Below, piece after piece: positions 39,101 through 52,734 of a stretch of DNA of 64,000 nt. Under the pieces are notes generated by a model. That model was not told the origin of the DNA and did no database searches. It saw only the letters and a program-made list of their open reading frames with translations. A program made the translations under genes and the position numbers. The stretch is from positions 1 to 64,000 of the forward strand of contig MQRK01234723.1 of NCBI GenBank assembly GCA_001938485.1. Reading direction: 5' to 3'. The stretch is from Girardia tigrina. Taxonomy: Eukaryota. How positions within the stretch are numbered: the first letter of the stretch is position 1; each line of letters starts with the position of its first letter.

Positions 39101-42100
39101 CTCACTCATGAAAGCTTGATAATCCGAGTTGTGAGATGGCAATATGTCTCTCCAGTGAGTACGAGTTTCGACACGATCCGTGACCATTGAATTTAGATAT
39201 AGCGTTTTTTCAAAGCATATCTTTTATTCTATGTATATTTTTATTATAAAAAATTCGTAACTTATAAAAAAGCATTTTCTCATCAATATATCGCGTCATA
39301 AAAACACTGGAAGAGTAATTACCATTTTATTCAGTGAACGACTTTGCGAAAGAATTTAATTTAATAATCAGATGAAGTTATTGTAAAATAAATAAAAAGA
39401 ACTGATAAAGAGGGGGGCGTCGCTACAGAAGAGAGAGACTCAGCAAAATCTGATAAGTGGAGACTCAAACATTTTATTTGTAAATCCATTATTAGATGGA
39501 GATACTAAACGAAATTACTTTGTTTAATTATTGCAGAGATAAATATCGTTCATTTTTGTATTTAAAGATTTAATGTTAATATATTTTGTAGTATTATTTT
39601 TAGGACTGTCACTCAAATTTTGGACTCAAATCGACTCGGAGTAAACACATTTAAGGAATATTAATCCTCCAAAATCGACTTCACGATTCTTGAGAGGAAA
39701 AAAGAAACTTTTGTATTTCCTGATAAAACAACTTAGGGAATTCAGTAACTACTTTTATTTCGATAAACCCTTTATCTAGAAATTACTTTTAAATGATATT
39801 CCGCAACTAAATATAATTAAATCGGCACGGAAATTCGTTGTTCTCCTGTTTGAGTAATTTCTCCTTCCACAGAACCAAATTGTCAACATCCATAAATGGA
39901 TGTTTACATCACAATAGTTTTTATCACATGAAAATACTCTGCGTAATTGAAGTTTCCAGGAGTAAAAGTATCATAATGGTAAAATCCGACAATAGTGAAC
40001 AGGTCTGTATGACTCTTGAAATACTGCCTGGCTATTGAAGTTATGTAGATTTCATACCCCTACTAATTAATCAACCACATAGATTGATTGGCATGATATC
40101 CTCCGGGGATTTGTTGAAGAGAATTCCCAAAGAAACACTTAAAACCAACAAAATGTCTAATTGATTGGGTTACAGTCTGTGGACGGACGGGATGATATGT
40201 ACGACTACTCCTGTCCGGGACCAAATTGGCAATTATCAACGGGGGTTAATGATCCCAACGATTAACTGAAGGCTCCTTCCAATAGATTTCAGTTGTGCCT
40301 GGATTATTAGATTTATGTAACTGATCTCAATCTGACTCCATCAAATTTTATTACCTCAAATGTGTGAACTTGTCGAACAAAATCTCTTACTTAGAGTTAG
40401 TCAAAAGTGACGTAGGAAAGAAAATCTACAGAAAAAAATATTTCAAATGATGAAATTTCTTAAAAAATCTGAAAATAATTTTACATTTCTTTGTCAGAAA
40501 AAATTAAATTAAAAATTGCAATTCTCAAAAAAGCAATTTTCTTTTTCGATTGGCACTTAAATTTGGGGAAACACGAAATTAAAAAAATACTCATTTTATA
40601 CATTTATGGATTTTATTAAATTGATTGTCTCCATTAAAGCTACTTAGCGACGGCCAATCTTCTGGCTCTCTGCAGCCAGACTTCTTTGAAAGCAAATTTG
40701 ATGCAATGCATTCCATTGTCGTAATTCACGACATGTGTAGAGAGACCCTTTTGAGCAGAACCGAAATAATTGTTAAGATTATATCAACTAATATGGGTTA
40801 ATACAACCAGTAAGCAAAAAACAAATTATTTTAAATATTATTACATATACAAAAGATGCAGAGAAAAGGTAAAATCAGAAAAGATTGATTTGTGATTTAC
40901 TCAATTAACCAAAAATTGTTTTGTTAAAATAATAGAACTTTTTGAAAACACGAAAAAAGGGACTGTACAATGTTGGAAATATATGGAATATATTTTTGGA
41001 AGATTAACGCCTTATTTTCATTGAACCTTTTTTATGAGGAATACATGCAATTATCAGATGCTGCATTCAACTAAAGTGGCGTCTGAATGTCCTCCAACAT
41101 TGGCTTCATGGGACCCTACAATGTATTTTCATGGACCCCCAGAATTAAGAATGCACGTTAATGTGCTAATAATGTAGATAGGTGCACATACTTAGTGTTT
41201 TGAAAGTTTTAGTGATTTGCTTCTCACGCAACATGCACATGTCTTACGGTATTTTGATGTGCCACGGCCATTGAGCACTCTCCAATTAATCTCAGCCTTT
41301 AGAATGAGCACGATTTTAAATCCATATTAATTGATTTTCTTAAATGCAAAGTGTTTCAGCATACTTTTACTTAACACATATGTGGTTATGTTTATATTGT
41401 ATTTCATCGAGATGAGGCTCTTTCAAATATATTTAAGCCTTTGCTGGTTACCGACCTTGATAGCCAGAGAATATTCCGAAAAACATCAGCTTAAATGACT
41501 TCATGATTACGCCAAGCCACGGATAGATCTTTAAAAACATGAAAATGATTACGACAAAAAGAAGTTCGTGTCTTCCAGTAAGAGATGGAAAATTCGGTAC
41601 AGTGGTTTAAATAGACTTCGCGAGATCGATGTGAAAGTGAACTGAAATGGCATAATGATCATGCAGTGTAGTGAGATGTGGCAACAAGATCAATTTCTTG
41701 AGAAATAACCTCATACGCATTATACATCACAATTATCATTAATAAGGATTGAAGATGGTGGGAAATCCTCCGAAATATATTACGATTGAAACAAAATTTA
41801 ATTTTATCAACAAATTAGTTAATTATGATTAGAAAAGTCATTGTTTTTTTGCATTCTAATAGAAGTTAGCGTTTTATAAATTTTGTCATTTTCATAATTT
41901 CTGTAGTCTTTCGAGGAACACATGGGAAATTATTGTTTTTGTCACTAACAATAATGCAAACCAAAAGATTAAATTAAAAAATCCTGCTAATTATTAGTCC
42001 TATCGTTTGGAAAATGCCATTTTTTAGAAGAGTCATAGGCAGAATTTTAATAGCAAGTCTCTGAAAGTCTTGGTGGCTACCTGCCTAGGAGATATTATGT

Positions 42101-45100
42101 CAATAATTAATCACTAGTCACTGATTTAAAACGGATGGGAAAGAAACTGTTTTGTTATTTCTTTTAGAAGTGAATAAAAAATTAATAATACATACATAGA
42201 TCACAATACAAATTCTTATCTAAAAAAAATAAATAATAACTTACTGAATTTCTTAAACGATATTGTGAAAAATTTAGCGCCTTTATCTACGTATTCCAAC
42301 AACTCGAGGTCGGGTCGATTATTTACGTTCATGGGTTCTCCATTGAAAAGGAAACTATATTCTTTTTCCTTAATATAAATATTTTTATTATAATATCAAA
42401 TTAAGTATTAATAATTGTATATATTATTTACGTTGATACTCAGTGAAATTTAATGATACGGTGTGTTTATAGATTTTTTTAATAATTATAGTTTTATAAA
42501 TTAATGGGGTAATTACTTTAATGATAAAACGTTTATTGTATATATTATATGAGATGAAATTACAAAAAACTTTAGTCATAGTTCATGTCTCCTTAAAAAC
42601 TTTATCTAAATCTATTTTGGATGTCAAATCGTTGACTTAAAAATCAAAAGTTCGACCATTAGTAGTGAACAAAAAGAAGTTTCATGCCATGGTGAAGTAG
42701 CAGCCCTGTACTAGCACCAGCAGGCTGTCCGAGGAGCTCGGCCACTATCAAAGCACCATTATTCGTCATCTGCATAACTTTGGTTTGGTAAATAAAAATC
42801 CTTTGAGAGCTCGCCACGAATTGACAAATATTCAAGCCAAGCGGCGAATTGATCTTTGCCGTGAACTACTCAATAACCAAAGAGACAGTCTGTTTTGGAA
42901 GCAAGTTACTACAGGAGATAAAAAGTGGATTTTCTTCCGTAATTCTAGTGGGGGTAAGCAATAACTTCATCTTGATCAGCTAACTCAGCAAGTTTTCGTC
43001 AATGTCACATCAAAAAGTAGGTGATGTTGCATGTTTTGTTGAATTATGAGGGATCTGTGCACTGGGAACTTGTTCTTGATGGTCGAACCATCGATGGTAA
43101 CCTTTATAATGAACAATTACAGCGATTTCATGATGCTTTGAGCACTCGCTAAGCAAGATTGGTGAATCGCGGTTGAGCAATCACACAGCATGACAATACT
43201 CAAGCTCATAAAAGTAGAAAATTCAGGAACCGCAGGGGATCAAAGTTATTCCACACTCAAAATAAAGCCTCGATCTTGCCCATTTTAGTTATCATCGATT
43301 TCGGTTTCTCTTACATTTTTAACAAGGGAGACTCTTTGGTTCGAGGAATAGGTCAAAACTGGAATCGTCAATTTTATTGGCTCCAAGACCCCTGTATGAT
43401 ATCGCAATGGCAGAAAGATAGCTTCAAGTCATTGAAAATGATGGACTGTATTTTGAGGAGTAATATAATCAGTATCATAAAAATTTAGGTAGTATAATAG
43501 TCACATAAAAACATGAATAACTTTTGACTCAACCTTGTATATATTCATACCTAATGACATGCCTTAAATTAAAAATTAGTTTTTACAATTGGTATCTATG
43601 ATATGAAAGCGGAAAATGCGCCTTTATTTTGCATCAATTTAATACATTAAAATGGAAAATTGATACGAACTTTGAAATTTGGTTCATCATCCAAGACTAA
43701 ACCAGCAGACTCAGTGGAAGGTGATGTTCTCGTAAAATATGAAGAAATAAACTGAAGCTTTTGTTTAACATTTTCATCTTACTACTTCACCTTATCAGAC
43801 AAAGTGCCTTCACGGCCCAAAATACATTTATTGATGTTCATTTTACAAAAGTGTGAGTATCCTAACTAAATAAAATCAGTTGTTTTACGAATATATTTTT
43901 AATAATTATTACAAATTGTTATTGTTGGAATTGCGGGTAGGTCGAGGACTCATTTTGAGGATCATTTATTCTAAGCACTTAGTACCAACGATTTGTCATC
44001 GAAAATAGTCTTTTGTTAATTTTAGGAGCGTCATTCTTTCATTCCCTGCTGGCTAATATTATTTTGAAGAATCAAGCAACATTGAAAGAAATTAAACTGT
44101 TATTATGTTTATAAGACATTTTACCAACGATGTTAAAGGACACCCTATCAATATTATCAAATTAATAAGATCTGATAAATTATGACTAAAAGTAATGAAT
44201 GTTTTGACTTTTAGCTATCAGTTGAGTGCTTTACTGCCGTTTAATAAACGCTTTACTGACCTGGCCAGAGCGCACGTTAGTTTAGGCATTAAACCTCCCG
44301 AGCTCAGTTTGGCGTGATGTCAGAAACTCATTTCTGATGTAATATTATCAACAATATTTCTACTTCTAATTGTAAAATTCAATTAATTTCCGCCGATCAA
44401 AACCAAAAGCTAATTTAATAGAAAATCATCAACAAAACAATTGTTAATAAGAGAGAATTTGTATCTAAATGGATTCGAAAACTTAGAAATACAAAATGAA
44501 CTTTAATAGGACAAACTCTGGCCAACTTCGTCAATAGTACACATAGGAATTTGTGTAAAAAGGAGAGCGAACGTCGATCAACAATCTAAATTAGAGATCG
44601 CTGCAATTAGACAGAACATTTATAGGCATTTTTTTAATTTTTAAAGGCTGCTTAGCTTAATTTGTGACCAAAGACTGAAAATACAACAACTAAACAATAT
44701 CTCCACCGATCAAAACCAAAGCTCTCCTATTGAGCCCTAATATCCGCCGACCGGCACATCCTAGATTCCTCATTTCCTCTCTCCTATGTCAGCCTCACTC
44801 ATTCATCCCGTCACGATCATCAATCTTCTACGACTTTATTACCCGGGAAGATTTTTCATTAATTTCAGATTTTGTCGCAGAATTTATTTATTTGGGTACA
44901 ATTTATTTTAACAATGTGCCTAAAATATTTGAGACTCGTTGATGAAGAATTGTAATGACTTTGATATTTACTTTAAGAGAAAATACATTTAATTTAATAA
45001 ATTAATTAATAGTAATATTCAAAAAAACAAATAACAAAATATTTGTGTAAGTCACATTCTTTTTTATTTTGAAAAAAAGAACAAACAGAACCGCTGACAT

Positions 45101-45383
45101 AACTGTTTGTAGAAGAATTGTTGAGCATGACATAATGATTATATGAAGATTCTCTTACAAAAGCGCTCAAGATGCACGAGAACATTAGTGATTATTTATT
45201 TTTATTTTGAGATTATGGAATGATTCAATATTTACATTATCGTATGAGCATGAGCATTATTTCGTAATACTTTTAAATATATTTTGACAATTATTTTTTA
45301 TTTGCCACCAAAAATAATTTTTTTGACTGATTCGAGGATTAATTCTTTTGGAAAGTTAATTTCTCTTTTGGGCAAAAAAATCA

Positions 45384-45439
<56 letters not shown>

Positions 45440-48400
45440 GTATATAATTCTATATACATTAAATTGAATTATTAAAATATAATTATAGATTGTATACGCG
45501 CATTAGCAAGTCAAGTATGGACGATATGATCAAAATGCCGTGTAATTAGTTGAGATATTTTGTATCTCTTAATGGAGCTACAGTGATCCATAAATACCTA
45601 AAGAGGATGAATGTGTATTTTAAAAAATATAAGTGATAATTTAATAATTCAAATAAAAGTCAAAGGTCCAATGAATTCAATGGTTCAATAAATAATTATC
45701 AAATTTATTCTCGGACAATTAATGGAACAACATATTAGCAACAGTAAAAGGATTGTGATACAAGATCATATAAACTTAAATTCAGTCTTTTTTAGGTTAA
45801 AAGGAAAATTTTATATCCAAATTAAAATTTTAGTTCATTTTTTACTTAAAACCCTATTATAAGATACTGTTATACCTAAATATAAAAAAATTTTAAATTT
45901 AGTATATGAATATAAACGTTACTATTACAGATCATTACATAAAGGTATGGACACACCTCACTTAACCTTTTTCGATATATGTCTCATCAAATATTTCTTA
46001 ATAAATCTGCTTAGAAAAAATGTTTTGAAGCCATTTTGTCAGAATTAAAGCTTTTAGATCCAACCATATACAAACATGTATATTTAAACTACCTCAAACT
46101 CAATCTGAATTAGAGATGGGCTTAATTCAATTAATTTAATTAGAGAATTAAATCATTCTTCATAAAAATATTTAGCGATTTACATTCTAATAGTCCTTAT
46201 TCGCACATTTTCCAACAGAAAAAGGCAGACTTTTTTTTGAAAAAAACGTCACTGAAAATTCTGAATGTCGTAAATGACATAGTCGAAATTAAAGATAAAA
46301 GTCTCTCAACCCGACCCGAATTATCATAAATCAAACCCGAACCCAACCCGATTGTATTTTATAACAACCCGAATTAACCTGAATGTAAATTGATCTTTAT
46401 TGGACAACAAACTATCAGTCTTCCGCAAATGATGGGAGGCCAATAAAAAGCATTTTATCTAGGGTAGTTGGTGAAAAACGAAGACGTCTTTTTCTGATTA
46501 TAAAACCAGCTTTACTAAACATTTTCTCTGATGTTGCAGAAGCAGGTACACTAAAAATAAGTCGAGAGACTCGAGAAAATTGAGGATAGTGACTCTCTCT
46601 CAATTTCCACCAATCTATAATATCAAATTCAAGTCCAACACTTGGTTCTTCTGAGTTCCAGTTCTCCTGAGAAATTCGTTCCCATTGTTCCAATACAAAT
46701 CATCAAGGGTTCGCGAAACCTGAATTATAAAGATACTTTGCGTCTTTCATTTGAAATATATCTTTGTACGCAAATGAAAAGTAATTGTTGATCTACGATT
46801 TGCTGTGTGAAAAGTTAATAACCTAAGAATATTCTCTCACGGTTGAGTAATGTGCACGTGTTTAAAAACAGAACTCTCATTCGATAACAGATGACTGGAT
46901 GACACTTAAAAACATTCAAGTGCTAAAGATAATCTTTTTTGACGTAGGATTTAATGTTTCGAATGAGCAGGAAGCTTTTCTCTACTAAAATTAAATTCCT
47001 ACATTCCCACACAATGGCGCAAAAGTAATATCCTAAGTTCTTCAGCCCTAGTTGTTGCCACTGCACGATGACCTCTTGATTGGAGTTGTGATAACAATTA
47101 TGAAGGAATATTGCATGTTCTTGAAATTATATATTTTACTGACCCTGGCAATTCCTTTCTCAAAATATTTCTAGGACTCAATTTCAACAAAAATACAAGA
47201 TTGCTATCATAGAATTTTACATATACGTCTCGGATACTATATCGTACATCTAGAACATAATAATAATGATAATAAGCGCCTCAAGAGGTTGATGACATCA
47301 TTTAATATTCCTGATAATTATTGTATTATTTGGTAATCAAATCATGCATTAATTTGGCTTGCTATTTAATACTAACATTTTGTAAATAAACAGGAAAATG
47401 TTTGTTTTGAAACTTAGTGATAAATCAGATATCATTCAATCCGGACCCAACCTGATTTTCTAAACTGTAACCCCAAACCGACCCGACCCGAAGTAAAAGA
47501 TTGCTAACCCGCCCGAACCCGACCCGATACCGAGTTGGGTACAGGTTTGGTTCGGGTTCGGGTCACAATCTACCATCTCTAATCTGAATACCCCTTTATC
47601 TCTGAACCATGGTATAAGGAGCATAAATATTGTATAAATAATATAACTCCTTTTAATTCTAAATGTAAATATTCCGGTCTTTTGAAATTTTCTTCTGAGC
47701 TCATAGTTACAGGAAAAATTGTGTTAATGTTTGAATCAAATATTCTTAAAATTTTCGAAATTATTCACTAATTTAGAGAAATTAAATGATAAAAAGTTAG
47801 CTATTTAACCATTTTTTACTCACCGGTATAACAAATTATACCAGACCTTTTCTAATGACTACGGCTTCACTGACGAGAGTCTGCGAGGTTGGATTTGCCG
47901 TGATCGACCTATGCGATGACAATCATGTTGCGAATATTTCGCTTTTTGTCCATCAATGAACAGATTTGTTCTAATCGAAATTCCAAATTCAAATTTTTCT
48001 TCTTGTTAATTTAACTTTTTAAAAAAAAAATAATTTCACTTTGATTGTAAATCCGAAACAATCATAATAAATATTAATATAAAATATTCGGAAAAGTTTT
48101 TAATAAAATAGTACAGTTTTAAAAAAAATACAAAATTTAATATCAAAATTTAATTTCAAAAATAATAAAATTTATTTTTATTTACAATTATTTAGATATT
48201 ATTGGTTTGTGCAAAAAATGAAAGTAATCATCAGAAATATACTTAAACAAAACATGTATAAATATTATGTTAAATAGTTGTTATTAAATAAATGTTTCAA
48301 AAATGTCTTCATCTGAGTTTTTATAAGAACCCAACGACGAACCTAACAAACATCATGATTAGAAAATTGATTAACATAATATTGGTTTTGAAAGAAGGTT

Positions 48401-51400
48401 TTGTCAGTAAATTAACATTTAATTAAAATTAAAATTTTTACAATAACAAGGGTTCGTTTTCATTAATTTAATCGCCATTACTTTCGATTAATTGTTCTCT
48501 AACAAGGCTGCAACCAGAAAATTCTTCGGCAGTAAAACTCTTGTGTTTTCAGGTTGAAAAACTTTTAAAAGGGTTTGGTCAACGTGTTTTAACTAACTGA
48601 CAAAACTTTCGTTCCAACTTCATATATTAAAGACATTCAAAACTTATTTCAAGTTTTAACGAAAAAAATTATTTTGACAACATAGAATTTTTAAACTATA
48701 GATGTTTTTAACTCAGCAAAGACAGAAGAGAAAACGACGTGTTATTTTAACCAGAAGAGGTTGAAGCCTTGCCAGTAAGAGAACGGAACTGAAGACATGT
48801 TAAATGCAAGCCTTGGGCACTCGATTGTGAAAGCAGAGATCGTTGGATTAAATTTGCAAATGGAGCTCAAAATGTTATATGCTATACCAAAACCAACTAT
48901 CCATAAAACTCAAACCTTTTAATCTAGATATATCTAGTTGTATATTTTTTTATTTGTATTAAACAATACAAATATAAATAAAGACAGCATCGATATTGTA
49001 GGCCACAGAATAAATATCAATCACTAAACATTGTGCACTCAATGATTATTTTTTATTAAATTTCTCTAAAAAGAGACTTGATCGAATCATTTGACTTAGA
49101 GTACAATTGTAAGGGTAAGACCAAGTAAATAATTTTATACTGGCATTACACCAGGTTTCATGACACATATTTAGTGTATTAGTATCTAAATCTTTCAAAT
49201 TCTCAAGCAAATTTTTGTTCAAAACAAATTTAAATGTAAAAGACAGAGAGAAATGATTTATTTGCCTGGTGCGCATGGGATCATCGAAATAATCCGATCA
49301 TTAATCAGCATACTGCAAAATGATGATAACCGGATTTGATGCCAATTATCTAATCAGCGCACAAACCGCTCCGTTTGTTCCGTCACTCGCTGACTCACGG
49401 CCCCTTCAAATAACGCGTTACTTCACTCTCAATCGATGAATGAATCCAGCGTTCGCCATTGACAAATAGTACAACACAATCAACGTTTTTGTATTTGTAA
49501 ATGTTAATTTTGTATCAATATCGATTTTGGTAGTAATTTCATTATTTGGTTACTATTTCATTAATTGTTAAATTCATACAATTTACATAATTTTAAGTTT
49601 TATTTCTTCGCCATTATTTTTAATGACAATATATTTCGATGAATCGACCGTCATCATCATTGAATAATTAGTTGATTCATCTGTATATAAAGGCCACTGT
49701 AAAGACCGATCGATTTTTTTAAGACTCATCGAATTTTAAGTTTTATGAGATCCTGATATAATTTTAAAATTTAATTCATTATTAGTTACTTTTAATATCG
49801 CATTTTAAAAGTTTTGAACCTTTCAAAGTAATGTTCTATAAAGTATTACTTGGTGTCATATTACTATAGTAACTTTATTCTCTTTCCGAACCATAAAAAA
49901 ACAATATTCTGATCTTTATAATTATCTTTCAAAATTATCCACTGTTTTATTAACTAATTTTTCAAGGTTGAAGCGTCGAAAAATATTGAAAGTAAAAAAT
50001 ATAGGGTGTCCAAAAAGGTCCCAGGTTTTTTATTGCATTTTAATTATTTAATTATGAAATTATTGTAAATCTTATTTTTTAAGATGACAGAATTAATAGC
50101 TAGAATTATTCGATTATTTGAGCACTGGAAAGGATTTGAAAACAATATTTTGTAACATTCTAAATATGCAAATGTAAGTGTCTTCATTTATTAATAATTT
50201 CGTTATTAAGAAACTTCCTTTTCTTGACATTCATGGCCCTTGCATGAATTGGAAATATTGAACTGAATTATACAGTAAGACAACAGGTCTTTACACAACA
50301 CCACAGAGCTTTTGTGTGGAAAAATATAGAGGGTATGATAAAAAGCCTAGTGTTCACAGAGTTTGAAGCTTACATTTCAATTTTAAAACCACAAATCATA
50401 TTTTAAATACTCTTAGAAGACGCTTGAATGAATAATATGTACACAAACAAACAAATAGATTACAACATTAAGGTTACATTGGACAAATTATGTACACAAA
50501 ATCGGGTTAAAAACGATTAAATGATGAAAAAAATGAAGAGCACAAACAAATAATTAGATTTACAGTATTTAAGAAGAGTTTTGCAAGAATATAAGTAATG
50601 TCAAAGTGAATTCAATAACACTCAAATTTCAAAGCTTTTTCTCGAATAATTCGAAAACGATTTGTGGATTGTAAGCTAATCTGATTCATAAATTTGATTG
50701 TCACGGGTGTAAAAACTCGTACATCTCCGTCAAGACAAATCATCATCTCCACACCTAGATTCGTGAGCCTTCACAATCAAGACGATCGAGTAAGGTTTTC
50801 GATCATATGTTGTATTATAAAAATAGAATCTCTTCTGTTTCAAAGGATAAATTTTATGTTTTACAGAAGGGTTTTGATTCACACTATGATCGGCAGTTAA
50901 GTAAATCATTATTAATAGAACACTACAAACCATTAAAAAAATTCAAAACGGACAAAGTAAAGTTGTTTCAAATCCTCAAATTTTTTATTAAATTTTTTAA
51001 AACATTTTGCCATTATTGGATTCTTGCTCACAAGACATTATAACGAACACCAAAATTTATTTCTATAACAATTAGAATTTTTTTTGAGGAACTTTTGTAT
51101 TTTCTTTTTTACACAACCAATATAAATAAAAATATGTATAAATAAAAATATGATTTGTATATTTTTTACAAATTAAAAATTTATATTTTCTTTAATAAAA
51201 ATTATAGTAAATTAAAATTTTGTCACAAAAATTTTATTGTGTCTCTTATTAATTTTTCAATTTTATAGTACATTTAAATTTAACTATTTTTCAATTACAT
51301 TTCCAAAAAAAATTAAAATCGCATTTTTTATTTAAGTCAATTTAAGGGTTTTCAATTACTTATAATTCCAAATTTTTAATTTCCGATAAAAATTATAATT

Positions 51401-52690
51401 ACATTTTCCAAAAAAATTATAACCGCATTTTAAATTTACTTTGATTTAAAAGTTGCAAAAATTAGTTTAGTTTGCTTTTATTTCGAAAATAAAAATATCA
51501 AACTTAAATTACTTTTATTTTATTTCAAATAAATATTTTCATCANNNNNNNNNNNNNNNNNNNNNNNNNNNNNNNNNNNNNNNNNNNNNNNNNNNNNNNN
51601 NNNNNNNNNNNNNNNNNNNNNNNNNNNNNNNNNNNNNNNNNNNNNNNNNNNNNNNNNNNNNNNNNNNNNNNNNNNNNNNNNNNNNNNNNNNNNNNNNNNN
51701 NNNNNNNNNNNNNNNNNNNNNNNNNNNNNNNNNNNNNNNNNNNNNNNNNNNNNNNNNNNNNNNNNNNNNNNNNNNNNNNNNNNNNNNNNNNNNNNNNNNN
51801 NNNNNNNNNNNNNNNNNNNNNNNNNNNNNNNNNNNNNNNNNNNNNNNNNNNNNNNNNNNNNNNNNNNNNNNNNNNNNNNNNNNNNNNNNNNNNNNNNNNN
51901 NNNNNNNNNNNNNNNNNNNNNNNNNNNNNNNNNNNNNNNNNNNNNNNNNNNNNNNNNNNNNNNNNNNNNNNNNNNNNNNNNNNNNNNNNNNNNNNNNNNN
52001 NNNNNNNNNNNNNNNNNNNNNNNNNNNNNNNNNNNNNNNNNNNNNNNNNNNNNNNNNNNNNNNNNNNNNNNNNNNNNNNNNNNNNNNNNNNNNNNNNNNN
52101 NNNNNNNNNNNNNNNNNNNNNNNNNNNNNNNNNNNNNNNNNNNNNNNNNNNNNNNNNNNNNNNNNNNNNNNNNNNNNNNNNNNNNNNNNNNNNNNNNNNN
52201 NNNNNNNNNNNNNNNNNNNNNNNNNNNNNNNNNNNNNNNNNNNNNNNNNNNNNNNNNNNNNNNNNNNNNNNNNNNNNNNNNNNNNNNNNNNNNNNNNNNN
52301 NNNNNNNNNNNNNNNNNNNNNNNNNNNNNNNNNNNNNNNNNNNNNNNNNNNNNNNNNNNNNNNNNNNNNNNNNNNNNNNNNNNNNNNNNNNNNNNNNNNN
52401 NNNNNNNNNNNNNNNNNATACACCTACTATTTGATTCCACCTACTATTTTAATAGTAGGTGGAAAATTTTTTGAAAACTTCATTACACCTACTATTTCAT
52501 GTCCACCTACTATTTGATGTTATCCGTTATAATAAAGTAACATTAAAAAATGTAACGAGCAAATATAATTGGTGATGATGGAAAAGAATTCCGACAACAT
52601 GTACAATAATCAATTTCTTAATAAAAGCTTTAACAAAATTATTTTTCAAAAATATTAAATTAGAGTTCAAAAGACTATATAATTCATTCT

Positions 52691-52734
<44 letters not shown>

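Noticed and set aside
38939-39190. Histone H2B-like (EPYSI)
   Set aside because: No histone-fold sequence follows
47870-47900. CTGACGA hammerhead core
   Set aside because: No stem II or GAAA; it is the antisense of the eEF2 fragment
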